Positions 61,000 through 64,000 of a stretch of DNA of 64,000 bases are shown here, in pieces. The number at the start of each line of letters is the position of its first letter. Position 1 is the first letter of the stretch. Position numbers and translations under genes: made by a program. The DNA comes from Raja brachyura (Eukaryota). The stretch spans positions 5,580,001 through 5,644,000 of the forward strand of contig OY740812.1 in assembly GCA_963514005.1 (NCBI GenBank), given 5' to 3'. The notes under the pieces were generated by a model. The model made no database searches. It saw only the letters and a list, made by a program, of their open reading frames with translations, and was not told where the DNA came from.

Positions 61000-61932
61000 A
61001 AGCAAACAATTCCCTACCACCAACAGTCTCATGTTTGGATGAACTTGTTCTTATCCTGAACAACTTCTCTTTTGACTTCTCTCATTTCCTACAAGGTGTA
61101 GCCATGAGAACCTGCATGAGCCCTAACCATGCTCGTCTTTTCATTGGCTACGTGGAGCAATCCCAGTTCCAAACCTTCTCTGGTACCACCACCACCGCAT
61201 TCTATGTTGCATTGACAATAGCATTGGTGCTCCCTCCCATATTCACATGGAATCATCAGGTTTATCACCTTCGCTGTTAACTCCCAACATCTCGCAAATT
61301 CACGGACCATTTCTGACACTTTTCCTTTTCTAGATCCATCTTAAAAAACAAACTATCTACCATTGTTTATGATAAAATGATTGATGGCACCCTCTCCAGT
61401 ATTTGCTTCATTCCTGAAGCTTCTGCTTTCACCCAATCTTCCTCCAAACAGAAGAGTTGCCTAGTCCTCACCTTTTACCCCACCAGCCTCTGCAGCCAGC
61501 GTATCATCCTTCAGCATTTCTGCCAGCTGCAATGAGATCCCACCAAAAGCCACGTCATCTCTTCCCCACCCCTTTCCATCTTCCACAGGGACCACTCCCT
61601 TCATATTCACTGGCCTGCTTATCTTTCCCCTCTTCCATCCTGGGAGCCAAACAGCCCTTCAATGAAAGAATCACATGCAGCTCCTCCAGCCTTGTCTACT
61701 TCATTCTCCCAACTCCACCCCTGCCACACCTAGCACCATCTACCTGTCATCCTTCACGCCTCTGTCCACCAATCACCCACGGGACCCAGTCTCACCACTC
61801 ACCTCTCCTCATTATCACTGGCTCTTTCCTCTCCATTCTTAGTCCTGATAAAGAGTTTCAACCCAAAACATTGGCACATTACCACACATTTGCTGTTCAA
61901 ACCACTGAGTTTCTTCAGCAGATTGTTTGTTG
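61000..61932 (+). mobile_element. Internally deleted, decayed Penelope-like element (RT fragment to tail)
   Basis: ORF 61035 gives ELVLILNNFSFDFSHFLQGVAMRTCMSPNHARLFIGYVEQ, resembling the PLE RT G.AMG motif region. Later come ITCSSSSLVY and a degenerate CTGATAAAGAG..ACCCAAAACATT tail. Confidence 0.75.
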
Positions 61933-62424
61933 CATTAGAAAGAAACTATTCTGAAATCACTCAAAATACAAAATCAATGTTAAGTGAATTACAGCAAATT
62001 CCAATGTAGAGGTTAAATTGAGAATCTTTGTCATAACATGCATCAAATGTCACAGTGGGGAGGCACACAATTAGCAATCGCAGGTGACAGAAGACACTTT
62101 GTACAAAGTTGCACAGATAAATTTCCATGAAAGGAACTTTAATGTAGATGCTATTCTTGCACGGAATGGGCTGCGACGTTCCAGACCCAACTCCCCACTG
62201 AGATGGCCAAGTATCTAATTGTACAAAACCTACACCCTCAGAATGCAGTAGTTCACGAAAAGCAAATTAACTGCAAACTTCAAAGGGGTAGTTGAGATGT
62301 GTATTAAATTCGTACTTTGCCATCCTTTCCTATGTGGAGAAATCTTAAAAAAAAACACAAAGTATCTCTACTTATTCAACCATTCTGGAAAAGATAGATC
62401 TGTTAAAAAATGATTTATGGCTGA

Positions 62425-62700
62425 AGTAATTAAGGAGAAACTTTATATGGACCTGAGGGGCAACTTTTTCCACACATTGGGTGGTGGGTATCTGGAACAA
62501 GCTGCCAGGGGAGCTAGTCGAGGCAGATACTATAACAACATTTAAAAGACATTTGGACAGGTACATGGATAGGAAAGGTTTAGAGGTATAATAAAGGCCA
62601 AATGCAGGCTGGTGGGACTAATATGAATGGCGATCCTTGGTTGGCATGGGCAAGTTGGGCCGAAGGGCCAGTGTCTATGTTGTATGACTCTATGGCTGCC
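62425..62700 (+). mobile_element. CR1-like LINE 3' fragment
   Basis: GACCTGAGGGGCAACTTTTTCCACACA..GGGTGGTGGGTATCTGGAAC...GGGCCGAAGGGCC tail. Confidence 0.82.
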
Positions 62701-63261
62701 TATGATTAAGGAATTACTTAAGGACAAAGGAAGAGGCAAAACATAGGCTCCTGAAAATTAAATCAATTTAATAATGTTTTACCACCAAACCAGATTAAGG
62801 ATCAAAATTACAGATGAAGCCCTAAAATACATTTTGCTGGCTTTTGTTCAAGTTTTCACTTACCAATTTATTAAATTTCAAACAGTAGCTTTTTAGTAGC
62901 TGCTTAAACAATTTGTTCAATACTTTTCAGAAATTTACCAAAAACCCCAGATCAACTTCAAGAGACAAAGTTCTGAAAGTAGGATAACTAAAAGAGAAGG
63001 GCATAAGGCCAAGTTCAAGGTTAAAAACTAAATGTTCATGGCTTGAATAAGCTGGGGTTTTAACATAATACGAGCAAATCTATTTTCAGATCTTGGCTTA
63101 AACATTTCATGTTCCCAAATTCTAAACAGCATTTTTTTTTAAATGCCCACCAACAGCATTTCAACCTAATGACTTTGCAAATCAGGTAATGTTTTTGATA
63201 AACAGCCTCAACATGGTCCCGGAAATGGGTTTCTTCATGGATTGAATTGTGTTGCTCTTAC

Positions 63262-63323
63262 CTGAGCAAAAGTTCCTTTGGAAGTTTTTTGTTTATCACA
63301 GCTTCATCGTTATTCGCGAACAT
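63262..63323 (-). CDS. FBXL20: FBXL20 coding exon (equivalent to human exon 2), 62 bp, start of F-box
   Basis: Reverse complement reads tttccag|ATG TTC GCG AAT...CTC AG|gtaaga and translates MFANNDEAVINKKLPKELLL(R). This matches FBXL20 MFSNSDEAVINKKLPKELLLR as recalled. Confidence 0.95.
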
Positions 63324-63569
63324 CTGGAAAACAGAGGGTTAGTGTCAGAAGATGACAAGAGAAAAACAAAATCTATACAAACAACGAGACCAGAAATGGA
63401 CTCGAGGCTCCATTCGCATTTCACTGCCTCGCATCGGTTCGAAACTGGGGATGGGAGCAAGGAAGGGTTTCAAAAGGAGTTTCATTCAGCGATCCAACAG
63501 GATACAAAACCACGTTTAGTGTGGGCATTATGTAAACGGCTGTTATATGAGAATTTTGCCCGAACAGTC

Positions 63570-63764
63570 TGTGACCCATAGCGCTGTGACCATAGTGCTA
63601 AGTTTAAAGCCCATAGCGCTATGTTTAAAGTCCATAGTAGCGGCCGGTAGCACTATATTTAAACCTATATTGCTGCAGCCAACAGCTTTGTTTATATTCC
63701 CACACTCTAAGCCGACAGCATTCTGTTTAAACCTTTGTGCGTCAAACTCGCAGCGCTGTTTGAA
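63570..63764. repeat. Degenerate tandem/dispersed repeat, unit ~21 bp (CATAGYGCTAWGTTTAAAGYC)
   Basis: Full units at 63591-63611 and 63612-63632, with looser copies at 63577, 63648, 63716 and 63751. Confidence 0.65.
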
Positions 63765-63917
63765 TTGCTTTGCATGGCAAATCTGTAGCGCTGTGCGTAT
63801 TGATTTGAGCACCAAGTCTGTAGGGCTGTGCATTGCTTTACGTGCCAGTCTGCGGCTGATAGTGCTTTGTTCCAGGGGGGTGGGGTGGGGAGCCTCACTC
63901 GGATGCAGTACCCTGCC

Positions 63918-63980
63918 ATTGGCTATAATCTGAATTTGTGAGCAGCGCTATTGGCCAGAACTTACTGGCGGTTATTTGAA
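63918..63980. promoter_or_regulatory. Two CCAAT boxes 32 bp apart plus CDE/CHR-like element
   Basis: ATTGG occurs at 63918 and 63950. CTGGCG-GTTA-TTTGAA occurs at 63965-63980. CpG density is locally raised. Confidence 0.45.
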
Positions 63981-64000
63981 CGGCGGATTTCTTACCCATA

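Noticed and set aside
61457-61954. 165-aa Pro/His-rich ORF
   Set aside because: It is mostly an off-frame reading of a decayed, C-rich Penelope-like element.
13819-63323. Alternative call as FBXL2
   Set aside because: Diagnostic segments (DEAVINKK, DFQRDIE, EGCPLLEQLNISW, KYIGAHCPELV, HLGNGACAHD, THLPNIKV) match FBXL20 as recalled.
63543-63933. Overlapping ORFs of 128 aa (+) and 96 aa (-)
   Set aside because: No recognisable domain and no splice context linking them to FBXL20. They overlap a degenerate repeat. I cannot fully exclude a uORF role.

Overview
This is eukaryotic, AT-rich, intron-dominated vertebrate DNA. The repeat content (HE1-like V-SINEs, HER1/CR1-like LINEs, Penelope-like elements) points to a cartilaginous fish; this is an inference. 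The main feature is FBXL20 (F-box/LRR protein 20, SCRAPPER) on the minus strand. I traced 14 GT-AG coding exons by hand (63323 down to 13819). They splice into an uninterrupted 1269-nt frame (422 aa + stop) ending in the CaaX box CIVL. Exon 1 appears to lie beyond the window, and a probable ~7.8 kb 3'UTR runs to about 6030. The most interesting extras are: (1) a dispersed family of short Penelope-tail elements carrying a minimal type I hammerhead ribozyme motif, including a 90-bp-arm fold-back insertion with a 16-bp TSD and a tandem pair bounded by three copies of a 13-bp repeat; (2) a decayed collagen IX alpha3-like terminal exon on the plus strand, converging on FBXL20; (3) at the right edge, two CCAAT boxes 32 bp apart plus a CDE/CHR-like element, next to a degenerate array of similar motifs. 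Almost all ORFs in the supplied track are spurious or retroelement fragments. Exon coordinates were counted by hand and repeat boundaries are approximate (+/-20 bp or more). Family names and human protein comparisons come from memory, not from a search. I see no CRISPR or prokaryotic system.
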